In this document: one piece after another, positions 12,791 to 30,159 of the stretch
Layout of the letters: every line of letters starts with the position of its first letter
Numbering within the stretch: position 1 is the stretch's first letter
NCBI RefSeq assembly: GCF_009914755.1
Contig: NC_060931.1
Origin: the human T2T-CHM13v2.0 reference genome, Homo sapiens
Strand: one strand, 5' to 3'
Length of the DNA: 64,000 nt
Notes under the pieces: generated by a model
What the model was told of the DNA's origin: nothing
Database searches by the model: none
Seen by the model: the letters and a program-made list of their open reading frames with translations, nothing else
Program-made: the position numbers and the translations under genes

Positions 12791-15057
12791 TCCCCAGCCC
12801 CGTGCCCACTCCATGGCTGCCTGGTCTTTCCCCTCAGCCCACGCAGAGAGCAGGGGGAAGCTGGTCCTCCCACCCCAACGCCCGTCAGGACCACGCTCAC
12901 ATCACTGCAGCAGACGGGACTGCGTACGTACAGCATGGTGCCAACCAGTGGGACATGGAGACACCATCTCTCTGACCCCCAAACAGAACCTGACGTGCGC
13001 AGGTGTTCTAAACCAGCAGGACTCCCCAGTAGGCCCTGCAGGTGCAAGATCGAGCTCCAGTTTGCGGCTGAGGAGACCCATTGACGTCCACGCTCATGGT
13101 GGCCCTGACCTGGGAGCTCAGGGGGTGAGGCCAGGCGGGGGAACTCCTGTGTCCTTGCTGAAGTTCTGCGTTGGGGGCTGATGACCTGACTGCTTAGCCT
13201 CCTGCAGGAGGATCCAGCTGCCTGTCATCTCCCACCTGTGAGTTTCCAGACAGGAAGAGAAAGCCACAGCCCACCCCACCTGGGTCTATCCTTAGACATC
13301 ATGACCCTTGGCTGTAATGACAAGAACCCAATGCATTCTGGCCCAAGAAAGCAAGAGAATGCATTGGTCTATGTACCTGTTGAGCTCAGGAGTGAGCAGT
13401 TTCAGGCATGGCTGGATCAGGGCCCTCGGCCCGTGTCTTCAGAGCTGTCTCCTGCCCTCATCTCCCTTTCACGGCGGCAGGAAAGCAGACTAACACCCTC
13501 GCTGCCCCAGACTCTTGGAGTGGCTGGATCAGGCACTGGGACCTCGTCTCCCTTTCACAGCAGCAGGACAGCAGACTGACACTCAGCCTCACACTCACTG
13601 CCCCAGACTCAGAGCTGCGAAGCTGCATCTCACTGGCTAAGTCTGGGCTCGTGCTGCCCCAGGTCAGTGACCATGGTTGGGGACAATGCTCTGCTTGGCC
13701 AGATCTGGACACAGCACCCAGGACCCCTAGGGTCACCAATGAGAAATGGCCCCCGGCCCTCCAGGCAGAAGAGAACACCACGCCCCTCCCTTCCCAGGCC
13801 TGCCTGAGGGGACTTCCCTGTCCTCACCCAACTGCAGCTCCCGCACTGTCCTGGCTGGGCGACCTGTGACCCCTGGCAACTGTAACCCCAGACATAGCTG
13901 GCGAGCACTTAGCTGGAGCACTGAGGCGTGGGGTGGGAGAGACCTGGGGCTCAAACCTCCCCTCTGAGTGACCTCGGCACACTCTTCCTCCTTGGGGTCT
14001 CACCCCCTGGCCATTGGGCGAGGATTCGGGTGAGCAGTGGGTGAGCTCTGAGGTCCCTCCCTGTCTGGACCACTGGAGAAGCCATTTTGGCCTGGGGCTG
14101 TTTTTCTGGACAGGAGAGAACAAAATACATCAGATAATCTTATCCTCGCCTCGCTGTGACCCAAGGTGCACCTCTGGGCTGTGGCACAGACTCCCCTCTG
14201 GTGGGATAGCATCCCCCTGCCCCTGCGTGGAAATGGCAGAAACCAGGCTTCCCCCAGCACCCGGGACGTCCAGTCCCGCGGGGTGCCAGACGTGGGTGGA
14301 GGGAAGGAGGGAGGTGGCAGCTCCGCCGCTGGCTGCTGTGCACCTTGGATGGGTTGCTTTCGTCTCTGAGCCCCGGTGGCCTAAAGGTGATAAGGCGCAA
14401 TGCAGCCCACGTGGCTGCTAGTGAGGGCTGTTTACAGGAACACCGCAACAGGCTCAGCACAGACATGGTGCGTAGCCCAGGGCAGCTGGCACTCGTCCTG
14501 GCCTGGGGGAGAGGGCTGTGTGTGATGAGGGGTGCACAGACCCACTGCCTGGCATACAGCAGGTGCCCAGTGAACAGGAGCAATTCTGCCCCACCCTGGT
14601 GGGACAGGAGCCCGGTCAGTGCCCTGCTCTTCACAGCCTCGTCTGTTGGGCTGGACAGCAGGCAGCCCCCTGAGCCGCAGGTGCCCGGTGATCCCACCTA
14701 GCACAAGCCAGACCTTCCAAGCCCTCAGCCGCAGCCAGGACCACAGCGCACCCCTCATCCTCGAAATCCAAAATAATCCACACAGCAAACTGTGGTGTCC
14801 AGAATGATCCCCAGATCTGCTGACTGTAAACTTCTGGGTGAGATTACCAGAGAGGGCCCGTCACTCTGTCTCCCCACTCATCTCGCTATCTCTGTATTGC
14901 TGTTTCTGTTCTGGTCTCTCCCCCCGGTCTCTGTCTCCCTCTCTCTCCATCTCTCCCCATGTCTCTGTCTCTCTCCATCTCTCCATTTCTCTCTCTCTCG
15001 CTCGCTCACTCTCCCCCTTGCTTTGATAGTGTGATTTAAGACACTTCCATTCAACAG

Positions 15058-15189
15058 TATTTTAAGTTTTTGTAGCAACAGGATCTTGCTAAGTTGCCCA
15101 AGCTGGTCTCCAATTTCTGGCCTCAAGCTATCCTCCTGCCTCAGCCTCCCAAGGTGCTGGGATTACAGGGGTGAGCCACTGCGCCCGGC
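15058..15189 (-). mobile_element. Alu left monomer (FLAM-like)
   Basis: Single arm ending CACTGCGCCCGGC. Confidence 0.85.
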
Positions 15190-15883
15190 TGCATTCAACA
15201 GTATTTATTTTGCACGTACTGTGTACTCTGTGTCCACCCCGTTCTAGTCAGGGGACGCAGCAGGGACACAGTCCCACCCTCATGGGACTGGACATCTGGA
15301 AGGTGAGGATGGGTGACAAACACGTGAACCAGGGGCTTAACCTGCCTGTTGGACAGTCTGGCTATTTCAGCTGATGCGTTCAGCTCCAGAAAATAGAAAC
15401 TCAGCCCAAACACAGTCAGGGATCTTACTGGGAAGCCCAGAGGCGGGATTCAGGAGAGGTCTGATCAAGGGTCCGGCTCCACATCTTGGTCCTCCTCTTG
15501 GGTTCCCTCATGGTGACAAGACGGCTGCCAGGAGCGGCTGGAGAGCCCTGGTTCTCGTCAGCAAGAAAGAGTGCGAACCACCCGTCTGCCTACCGGTAAG
15601 ATCAATGAAGCTCTTTCTCAGAACGCAGTCCTTGGCCAGGGGGCTGAGATGCCCACTCCTGAACTGCCATCCGACCCATGGATCGCCTGTTGTGAAGAGC
15701 GCCACGGCCTCGCCAGCGCTGACCCCTCTGGTCAGTTCTCTTATCTGATAGGACATCACTGCAGCATTGCACACCTGCCCCCGATGTGCCGCCTTCTCCT
15801 GTTTCAGGACCCCCAGCCCTGTGTTCTGGAGTCAACCCCGGCTACTCCTTCCCGGGCTCCTCTTTTCTTTATTGTTTTATCTT

Positions 15884-16158
15884 GTGAGACAGGGTCTTGC
15901 TCTGTTGCCCAGGCTGCAATCACAGCTCACTGCAATTTCCACTTCCCAGGCGTAGGTGATGCTCCCACCTCAGCCCCACGAGTAGCTGGGACTACAGGTG
16001 CAAGCCACCACACCTGGCTAATTTTTGTATGTTCTGTAAAGTTAGGGTCTCACTGTGTTGCCCAGGCTGGTCTTGAATTCCTGGGCTCAAGTGTTCCTCC
16101 CGCCTCGGCCTCCCACAGTGGTGAGACGCCAGGCGTGACCCACCATGCCTGGCCCGGC
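15884..16158 (-). mobile_element. Alu (J-like)
   Basis: Diverged reverse Alu. Confidence 0.9.
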
Positions 16159-16284
16159 TCCTCCTCTTCACCCTGGAGGGTCCAGAGCTCACTCTTCACC
16201 GTCTTCTCATGGGGGCAACACTGCCTCCGTCCTGACAACTGGACTCGGGTCCAGCTCTGCCCAACACCTCTGCATGGGTGTCTA

Positions 16285-17192
<908 letters not shown>

Positions 17193-17596
17193 CTAGGTCT
17201 GGCCTGGGCCCAAGCCAGCCCCACCTGGTCCCTAGGGAGCTCCTAGGAGGCAACACCGCCGGCTCTTGCTTTTCAAAGCCATTGTGGTCTTCTGGCCCGT
17301 CGGCGAGGCCGTGTGTGAAACCCAGCAGGAGGGGTCTCCAGGAACCACAGGGTGTCACCCAGAGTGTCCAACAGAGACCCCAGAATTCCAGAGAGGCCGT
17401 GAGGTACCACGGATGAGGGTCACTCAGCCCTGACGGCCCGGGGTCCAGAGTCTCCTTCTAGCCTGTTCCTGGATGACAGCCACGCTTACCCTCAGTATCC
17501 CAGAAATGATAACATTTGCTGCCATGGTTCTCTATTGCTGCCTAATAAACCACCTCCAAATGCAGAGTCTCAACCCAACAGTGAAGACCTCATGAC

Positions 17597-17889
17597 AGGC
17601 ACCATGGCCCACGCCTGTGATCCCAGCACTTTGGGAGGCCGAGGCAGGAGATCATTTGAGCTCAGGAGGTTGAGTCCAGCTTGGGCAACACAGACCTCAT
17701 TTCTACAAAAAATTACAAAGTTAGCCAGGCGTGGTGGTGCGTGCCTATAGTCTCAGCTACTTGGGAGGCTGAGGCGGGAAGATGGCTTGGGCCCAGGGGT
17801 TGAGGCTGCAGTGAGCCGTGATCGCACCGTTGTACTCCAGCCTGGGCAACAGAGCGAGACCCTGCCTCAAAAACCAAAAACAAAACAAA
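17597..17889 (+). mobile_element. Alu (J-like) within a degraded MLT1-like LTR (~17530-18200)
   Basis: Alu body; flanks resemble a MaLR LTR (TTCTCTATTGCTGCC...; CTTGAGTGTCCTCACAACATGGCGGCTGG). Confidence 0.8.
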
Positions 17890-18378
17890 TTCATGACTTC
17901 ACGGTGTCTGTAGTTCAGGAATTCAGAAACGGCTTCCCCGGGATCCTGTGGACCAGGCCGTGGTTGTTAGGTGTCGGTTTCTCACCCTGCAGCTGCTTGA
18001 GTGTCCTCACAACATGGCGGCTGGCATCCCGGGGAGCAAGAGGCCCAAACAGCAAGGCCAAAGCCACCGTGTCTTCTCTGACCACTCCTGGGAAGCCCCA
18101 CCCCAGCACAGGCCCTGTCAATGCAGGAAGGGCTATGGGAGGGCACAGACATGGGGAGGTAGGACCTCGGGCCCACCTGGAGGCTGGCAGCCACCCTTGA
18201 CTTAATGCTGCAGTGAGGATGAAATGAGCCAATGCCAGTGCCTGGCACATGGGGGAGTTTTCTCACCACTGGGCACCCCCAGCTTCTCCTCGGGAGACTT
18301 GCAGGGGCCTAAACTCATCCATATTCACTTCCAAGAAGTGGGCTCCGTGAAGCCTTGCCGAGCCGGGGAAGCAGCGAC

Positions 18379-18487
18379 GGAGGGTGCCTAGGTGTGATGG
18401 AGGGTGCCTAGGTGTGATGGAGGGGGCCTGGGTGTGGTGGAGGGGGCCTGGGTGTGGTGGAGGGGGCCTGGGTGTGGTGGAGGGGGA
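18379..18487 (+). repeat. ~18-20 bp tandem repeat x5 (GGGCCTGGGTGTGGTGGAGG)
   Basis: Direct inspection. Confidence 0.9.
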
Positions 18488-20590
18488 CCTTGTTCAGGGG
18501 CCAGGGGGCACTCACCTTCATGGTGCTGGAAGCCCCCAGGGACAGTGAGCCTGGCTTTCACCCTCCTGAAGAGTCCCCCCCCAAAAAAGACATTGGCCAA
18601 CCCAGCTCCCAGGCTTTCACTCTCCTGGTCCCCGCCAAAAAAAGACATCGGCCCACCCGGCTCCCAGGTGGGAGAGGGAGCTGATCCACCTCCGGGGCCA
18701 GCCTGCCAGGGACCTGGCCTTACCACGACTGCCCTCAGCGTCCTCAGCTGTGAAGTGGGGCTGATTTGCCTACACTCCAGGGAAATCAGGAATAGAGAGA
18801 ATGAGTTAATCCATGGAGAGGGCTGGGAACAGCGCTGGGCACAGGAAGCACCAGGAAATCAACTCCCCCACCAGGCTGTGGCCCTCACTCACACGCCCCC
18901 CTCCCTCCACGCCTGGCTGCCGGCCTTGGGTGCAGGGAACACACCCACCCCAGCTCCGTGGTTGTGGGCGGCCCGGCCAGGCCCTGCTTAGGTTCTGGGG
19001 TGCACTGCAGGGGTGCACAGCAGGAGTGCGCTGCGGTGGATCAGGGCCGTGGAGGGCCCAGCCTGGGGCTGACCTGACCAGAGCCCAGGGGAGCCGGGGT
19101 CCCTGGAGGAGGGCGCCCCTGGTCCAGGGGCTGCAGAGGAATCTGAGGCGGCTTCCAGGAGGAGGTGGCATTTGAATCCAGCCTTGAAAGACAGCAGCAG
19201 CTGTCCCAGGCCTGGAATTTCCTCTTCCCATGCAGCCAGGCCCCACCCCTCTTATCTGCCTCCTCGGGGAGCTGGATCCCAGGGACCTTCCCGAGAAGGG
19301 CAGCCCAGCCTGGCCCCACCCCACCCCAAGGCCGCAGGCTGTGTCACCCGCCTGGAATGCACTTTCCAGTCCTCCCCTCCCTCCCCCATGCCAGCCCTTC
19401 ACTTCCTGACCCAGCCGGCCAGGCCAGCCCCCAGGCCTCAGAAAATCTGGGGCCCCCCCCGGGCCTGTCACCCCAGAAAGGTGGGGGGAAGGGGGCACCC
19501 CCTAGACAGGAGGAAGGAGCTCCTGAGAGTCTCACCTTACAACCTCCCCATGGGGACAGCAAGCCCTCAGTGTCCCCTCCTAGGCCCCCAAGGAAGCCAG
19601 ACTTGCTGAGAGGAACACAACTCACACATCCCCCCAGGGCCCCCACTTCCTCACCAACCCAATGGGGGCTCTAGGGGCGTCAGCATCCTGCGGTTTCTTA
19701 AAGACGCTGGCGACCCTCCTTCACTCCGGTGGCTCCTCCAAGCCTCTCTACAGCCCAACTGGACAGATAGGCATGGCCCCAAGGTGTTTCGAGCCAGCCA
19801 GAGTCCAGAGCTGGGGTCCCCTCTCGGGCACAGTTGCCCGCCCTACCCTTTCCTTCCCCATCCCTCAGACTGGTAGGGTCCCAGGAGCCGGCCTGGAGGT
19901 CAGACCAGGAATGCCCAGAAGCCAGTGGAGTCAGCAGGGCTCTGAGCATTCCCCACACGGGACCCTGCCTGCCACATGGGACCCCGCCTGCCACACAGTC
20001 ACCTCCCCAGGCCCTGAGCTCAGAGCAGTTGCCCTCTGTCGCCTGCACAGGGGGTCCTGTCTGCCTCCCCTGGACTTGGAAGGACCCTTCCAGCTGGCGG
20101 GGGGCTCCCGTTTGGGGACAAGTGCCTCAGCTACGCCGGTGGAGCCTTGGTGAGGAACCCCTGTGCCCCCACTCACTGCGGGCAGAGGCACCACCTCTGG
20201 GGGCCGGTGTGAAGCCAGACTCCTAGCCAGCCCTGCAGCCTGTCCCAGGGGCCAGTAGAACCGGGAGGGGGCCGGGTGTGTAACTGCCTCCTGAGGCCGG
20301 CGAGTAGATTCCTGAGGCTCAGGGCGGTGCCCTCCTCTACCTGCCCACACACTCCAAGGGAGCTTCAGTCCCCACCTGCCAGCTGGAACAGGGGCTCCCT
20401 GAGGGCCCGAGTCCCCAACGCTAACACAGGAGGCACCAGGGAGCGTCTGCGGAATTAAACCAACACTCTGTGTGCACGTCACACGTTTAGCGGACACAGG
20501 CCCAGGCTCCCTACACTGGGGTCCCCGCCCCTGCTCTCCGGCGTTCCGAGCCTAGACGTGGAGGTGAACAGACACGTGGCCTCCTGCGCC

Positions 20591-20634
20591 GGGGGTGGGG
20601 TGGGGTGGGGTGGGGTGGGGTGGGGTGGGGTGGG
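20591..20634 (+). repeat. (GGGGT)n pentamer, G4-prone
   Basis: About 8 contiguous GGGGT units. Confidence 0.95.
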
Positions 20635-22157
20635 TGGTGAGGGGGTGTGCAGGGCTGCCTGGATGCACTCGGCCTAACGGCCCGGGAAGAGCCTGGGGCC
20701 TGAGAATTCCAGCCACCACCACCCCAGGGGTGCCGCCCACTGCTCACAGGGCCACCCACACCTCTAGCCACCTCATCGGGCCTCCAGGCGGCTGCCCTGT
20801 GTGGTGTGGGGGGACTCCCAGAGGGAGTGAGCCCGCCCTCCTAGGAGAAGCCTGGCCAGGTTCCAGTGGGGTGGTGGCCCGGCCCATAAACAGGAGGGGT
20901 TTATGGCCCAGTGACAGGCAAAACTGGTGGGGCAAGCCCAGGCTAGATCCCAACCCTGAGCCAAGGACAAGAGGATTCCAGAGTGGGAGCAGGAAGGCAG
21001 GGGTCCGTGGAACCAGCCTGCTCCCCTGCTCCCTACGGGCCTCCTCCACCCTATCTCAGGGACCCAGGCCCCAGTCCCAGAGCACCCAGGGGCCACCCCC
21101 ACCCCGTCCCTGGCCAAGCCTCACCCCCTCCAGAGCGGCCTGTCACCACCTCGGGGTGGGAGCAGCCTCTCTGCTCTCCATCAATGCGGAGAGTTGATAC
21201 CAGGGTTGTCTACCTTCATGAAAGTTACTTGTTGTGATTTCTTCGGCCTACAGAAAAATATAAACGTGGGCTCCTAGGAGCACCAGCACATGACCAGGAC
21301 CTCGTCCTTCTAAAGCGTGTAAAGTTTGCTTTACTGTATTGACAGCAACAATAATCAGACCAAAAGCAAGATGACAAGACTCCTTCTCACTCGGGTAGTT
21401 CGGAGGAGCAAAGTGTGAGAGGCCCAGCGGGGCTGCAGCCTCAGCTCTGATACCCCAGCCAGACCCGCTGTCTCCCAGACTCAGTTTCCCCACCCCGCCT
21501 AAGGTCTCCGGGGCTCCTCCGCGCAGCGATTCCATTCCTTCTGACCCAGGCTGCCTCTGCAAGAGTCCCGTCTGGGTTTAGAGTTGGTCGTACATTCATT
21601 CATCCAACATCTGAGTGTTCCCTGTGTGCATGGCGCACAGTGTGGCCAGACACACACTCTGGTGTAGAGGAACCAGCCGGCCTGTGCCCGTATCATGAAC
21701 GCCGTAGCCTGTCCCTGGGACTAGACAGCCAATCAGGCGTTGTGCGCAGCATAACTAGCTTGATGCCTGCTGACCCCCAGCCAGAGCTCACCTGGGTCAA
21801 GAGTTCCTGGACCCTGGAAGGTGTGGTGGTTTGAAAACAGGACCACCAGTCCCTTGATCTCTCACATCAGCAAGTGGGGGTCTGTGTCCCCCTGGATCCA
21901 GGCAGGCTGTCTCATCATCAACCACAGACTGTGCTGGAAACAACGCTCTGTGGCCTCTGAGACTCGGTCGCAAATGGCCACGCAGCTCACACCCTGCCTG
22001 CTGGAACAGGGGCTCCCTGAGGGCCCGAGTCCCCAACGCTAACAGCTGGCTGGAACCAGCTGGCTTTTGGAGCCCTCAGACGTCTCGAGGGAAATCTAGC
22101 TCCACTAGAGCCACCATGCTGGGAGGAAGCCCAAGCCACACAGGATGTAGGCGCCGC

Positions 22158-22432
22158 CCCACCCAACCCCAGGGAGCCCGCTGAGCCCCCCACCCCCACC
22201 TCCAGGGAACCCACTGAGACCCCCACCCCCACCCCATCCCCAGGGAGCCCACTGAGCCCCCCACCCCCACCTGCAGGGAGCTTGCTGAGCCCCCTCCCCC
22301 ACTCCCAGGGAGCCCGCTGAGCCCCCCACCCCCACCCCACCCACAGGAAGCCCACTGAGCGCCCCCACCCACCCCGACACCCAGGGAGCCCGCTGAGCCC
22401 CCTACCCCACCCCCAGGGAGTCTGCTGAGCCC
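22158..22432. repeat. ~30-37 bp C-rich minisatellite (CCCAGGGAGCCCGCTGAGCCCCCCACCCC)
   Basis: About 8 imperfect copies. Confidence 0.9.
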
Positions 22433-22993
22433 AGACCCCAAGCATCACGGAGCACACAAGCGCCACTCACCGGGCCCTGTCTGAGGTCTGCAGGGCAGCA
22501 TCCGTAGTGAACATGAGGCGTCTGTTTCGTGCCACCACGTTTTGGAGTGTGATGCACACAGCAATCACCCGACAGATCGAGGAAGGGCCACAGGACAGGC
22601 TGCGTCCATGGAGACGTTTGCCGCTTTTCCAAAACTGGGGGCCGCTGAGAGGCACCTGGGCGTCCCTCGTCAGGGAGTTCTCGGGGCCAGCCACAGGTGG
22701 GGAGACGCTTGGCTTAGGTAATAGGAGGATAGGAGAGGAGGCCTCACTTCTAGCTGCTGTGCTCAGGGTGGGGCACGCAGAGGCCTTGAAGAGTAGGAGC
22801 AGGCAGTATTCCAGGATGACTGCAGGCCCACCGGGCCCACTGGGAGCTGAAGGACATGGCGCACACAGCAGAAGCTCCGGGAGGCACATGCCGGACGTGG
22901 GGAGGGCCCAGTTCCCATCACTGTTGGGTGTGACAGAGACGTCATACGCGACAGCAGCTCCACAGCCGTGAGTGTCCTCTGCACCAGACCCCA

Positions 22994-23349
22994 TTCAACC
23001 AGCTCCACCTACACAGTCTCGCGTCAGCTCACCCCCAACCCCACGCAACCAGCTTCACCTGCGCAGTCTCGCGTCAGCTCACTTCCAACCCCCTGCAACC
23101 AGCTTCACCTGCGCAGTCTCGCGTCAGCTCACCTCCAACCCCACGCAACCAGCTTCACCTGCGCAGTCTCGCTTCACCCTCACCTCCAACCCCCTGCAAC
23201 CAGCTTCACCTGCGCAGTCTCGCGTCACGCTCACCTCCAACCCCCTGCAACCAGCTTCACCTGCGCAGTCTCGCGTCAGCTCACCTCCAACCCCCTGCAA
23301 CCAGCTTCACCTGCGCAGTCTTGCTTCACTCTCACCTCCAACCCCACGG
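22994..23349. repeat. 50/51-bp VNTR x7
   Basis: CAGTCT anchors at 23014, 23064, 23114, 23164, 23215, 23266, 23316. Confidence 0.95.
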
Positions 23350-25886
23350 GGCAAACATTATGACCCCACTTTAGAGATGAGCAGTGTCAGAGGAGTTAAG
23401 GAACGTGCCTGGGGCCACACAGCAAGGAAGAGCTGGGACTAGGGTTTGAGGCACGTTAGGTGACCGTGTAATTCTCTGCTTTACCCAGCACAGCGCACGC
23501 CAGCCAGCCCGGGCAGGGCCGCAGCATCCCAGGCCGGGGATCGCCAGGCTCCTTTTCAAGTGCATTTCTGAGATACAACAGTCAATTTCCCCAACTGCGC
23601 AAGTGAAAACAATGTTTGGCTAAGGAGGCTGGTGAGGGGCTGACAGTCTTAATTCTAAGGGACGTCTCCAGCGGTGACACGGGGCTCCGTCCCCAAGCAG
23701 ACCCCCTGCTGGGATCAGTGGAACCCGACCCAGTGACCTTCTGCCTGGCTGAAGAAAGCCCTATGGGTGGATTATACAACGCGCTGCGTGCCTGCAAGAT
23801 CTGACTGTAAAGCTGTTCCCATGAGCAGCCTCTGAGAGCCTTCGTGGCCCCCAAGCAGGCCAGGGGCAGGCCCAGACTGAGGGGTGAGGGGAAGGCCTCC
23901 CTGCACTTGGTGGAGAAGTTAGAACCAGACGAGAGGAACCCTCGAGGAAGGGAAATCCTTTGACCAACTGGAGGTGGAGCTCGGGTAGGAAAGTTAGTCA
24001 CCAGCCGCCTAATTTGGTCACATTCCAGGAGGCAAGAGCGGCCCAAGAGGGGAGAGAGAGGTCAGCGTGGCTGGTAGCTCTGGAAGGGGCAAGGATGAGC
24101 TGGACTCTGACGAGGCCAGGGCAGGCCCACAGCCCATCTGGACCGGGGAGTCTCCTAGGCCAGAGCCCTTGGGGCCGAATGGAGCTCCGAAGGGTGGGGC
24201 CCAGGATCCCGGAGCCACCCCTGCCGAGGGCCTCCTGGCCCGACCTCCAGACATGAAATCACCCCCAAGTCCCAGGCCCCATATGGCAGGGCCTGCCTGT
24301 CTCCCCAGCGTGGCAGCCGGGGGGCCCGGGAGGAAACTGCCTGGCCTCAAAGTGAGTCACCCCCGCCGGCTGATTCAGCCACCCTGAGCCAGGGGAGGTG
24401 AGGCCGGGACTGTCCGTGGTCTGGAGGGGCCTCGGCCAAGCCCAGTCCCCAGAGGCCAGCTCACCCCAGCAGGGCGCGTGGGCCGGTGCCACTGTTCAGC
24501 CTGGGACCCCTGCCGAGCCTCTTACGGCCAGTAATTAGCTCATTCCACCAACAGCCTGGATGGGTCGTGACACCCATCTTACAGACGGGAAAGCTGAGGC
24601 CCTGAGAGGTCCAGGCTTGGGGTCCATATCGGGCAGGGCTGGGCAGCCCCAGGCAAAGCCCCTGCATCTAGAATAGTGACAGGAGCCTACAGTCACCTGC
24701 TGGCTTCTGGACCCAACAGAAAGTCCACCCTGCTTGGAATCCTTTGGCTAGAATTCCAGCCTCTGGAAAACTGTCTTTCTGGGGAAAGCTAGGCCACCTC
24801 CCAACTGCCAGGAATGTGTGAAAGGGGCTCAGACTGTAAAAGGAATCGGAATGAGTGAACAAATGAAGGAATGAACTAATGAATGAAGAAATGAACGAAT
24901 GGCTAAAGGAATGAATGGACAAACATGAATGAATGAATCAACAGATAAACAAATGAGCCAGTGCTTTGTCAGGACAGCAGGTGTATGAGTCCCCACTGGT
25001 CTGCCTCCTGCCCCAGGGGAAGCGGTTTCCCTGCCCCCATGGCCAGCAAGGGGCAGAGGCCAGCGAGGTTGTCCATCCTGGATGTTCTCAGTGGTTCCAG
25101 GCCGAGTCCTGGGGACCCACCCGAGGGCCCAGTGTCTGCTGTGTCTGTCAGAGACTTGGCTGGTGGCACCAGACAGGCAGGTGGGGCCCAGGCTGGCCGA
25201 GGAGCAGCGTTTCCAGTTACACCTGCCTTCTGGGTGGCCCTAGGCCAACCTCTGCACGCTGGAACCTCTGTTTCCTCATCTGTTCCTTGCACGGGACCTT
25301 TTGCTATTTAGCAGCCTCCCTTCAGGCCCACAGGATGCTGGGAGTCAGGCTGTGCAGGGCAGGCAAGGGGTCCGAGGCTTCCGGGCGGCCTCCCCCAGGC
25401 AGGGAAGCCTCTGACTCTCTCTGGGGCTGAGCCTGCCTAAGGTCACTCGTTTCTCCCCACACCACAGCCCCCAGACCCAGCCCTTGCCTGGGCCCCACCT
25501 GAGCTCACCCCAGGTAAGACTTCCTGGGTAAGGTAAGGTTCCCACTTCGTTCTCTTCCCGACACACTGGAGGGGGGATGTGCATTCCCAGGCTATATCAG
25601 AGCAGAGAGGGCGAGGCACAGAGAGGCCAAGGGGTTTGCCCAAGCTCACACAGCAAGGGCAGAGGGAAACTTGGCGGGGCCTGCAGGGCTTCTGTCTGGG
25701 TGGTGTTGGGGAACAGGGGCTGGAAAGGGGCCTCCACGGGGCTTCAGGACAGAGAAGGGGGTGCCCCCACTAGAACGTTAGCACCAAGACAGCTGTTTTC
25801 TGCTATATCTCTAGGGCTGAGTTCAGCGCCAGGCGCACATCAGGAGTTCTGTAAACACTGCCTGGCCACCTTGGAGCAGGCAATGA

Positions 25887-26191
25887 TTTTTTATTTTTAT
25901 TTATTTACTTTTCTGAGACAGGATTTCACTCTGTCACCCGGGAGTGCGGTGACATGATCATAGCTCACCACAGCCTCCACCACCTGGACTCCAGCAATCC
26001 TCCTGCCTAAGCCTCCTGAGTAGCTGAGACTACAGGTATGCACCACCACGCCTGGCTATTTTAAACAATTTTTTTTGGGGGGGGGCATAGGGTCTCACTA
26101 TGTTGCCCAGGCTCGAACTCCTGGCCTCATGCAGTCTTCCCACCTCCGCCTCCTAAAGTGCTGGGATTACAGGCATGAGCCACCTCGCCTT
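25887..26191 (-). mobile_element. Alu (J-like)
   Basis: Reverse Alu. Confidence 0.9.
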
Positions 26192-26199
26192 GCAATTTT

Positions 26200-27228
<1,029 letters not shown>

Positions 27229-27254
27229 TCACCCAGTTTCCCCCAGTGGTTTAA

Positions 27255-27757
<503 letters not shown>

Positions 27758-27759
27758 CC

Positions 27760-29350
<1,591 letters not shown>

Positions 29351-29726
29351 GTCAGAGCCTGAATCTCCCAAAGTTTCTCTCCTGCAACCCTTATTCACTG
29401 TTGTTTATTTATTGAAATATTTCCTGCAGGCCTACCCAGTGCCCAGCCTGCAAGAGCTCCCGGGGGCTTGAGGTGCATGAGTGAGCTGTGCCTGCCCTTG
29501 GACCCCAAGTTTACCATCCCATCCAGAGGTTGAGGGCACCCTGGTCCTGGATACACCCCAACCCCTCCCGGGGCAGCCTTGGGATCTGGGTGTCCACGTC
29601 AGGGCCCACGAAAGAGCCACAGGGAACAGAGCCACCCGGGACCACGGTGAGACGTGGAACCTCACAGTGCAGAGACAGGGAGCTGGGCCCCGTCTACTTA
29701 GCCACCCTGGGATACGGCGTGGGCAG

Positions 29727-29909
29727 CACAGACCCTCCTGTATACTGACAACGCTCAAATGAGAACGTCTGGATACACAGGGCTACACACGGACCCTCCT
29801 GTATACTGACAACGCTCAAATGAAAACGTCTGGATACACAGGGCTACACACAGACCCTCCTGTATACTGAAAACGCTCAAATGAGAACGTCTGGATACAC
29901 AGGGCTACA
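29727..29909. repeat. 61-bp tandem repeat x3, next to an L1MB-like 3' end (29910-30110)
   Basis: GACCCTCCTGTATACTGA anchors at 29731, 29792, 29853. Confidence 0.9.
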
Positions 29910-30159
29910 GAGAGTGGACGGGTGGCTCCTTGGGCTGGAAGCAGGAGCTGTTGTTTAACAGGTGCAGAGTTTCCGTTTAGGAAGATGAAAGGGCTGGACG
30001 TGGACAGTGGTGATGGCTGCACCGCGGTGTGGATAACGCCACTGCACTGCACACGTAAAAGTGGTTAAGTTTTGTGTTATGTGTATTTTACCACCATAAA
30101 AAAAAGAAAAACCCTTATCTACAAAAGACTTCAGACCAAGGCCTCCCGAGCCGGGAAGA

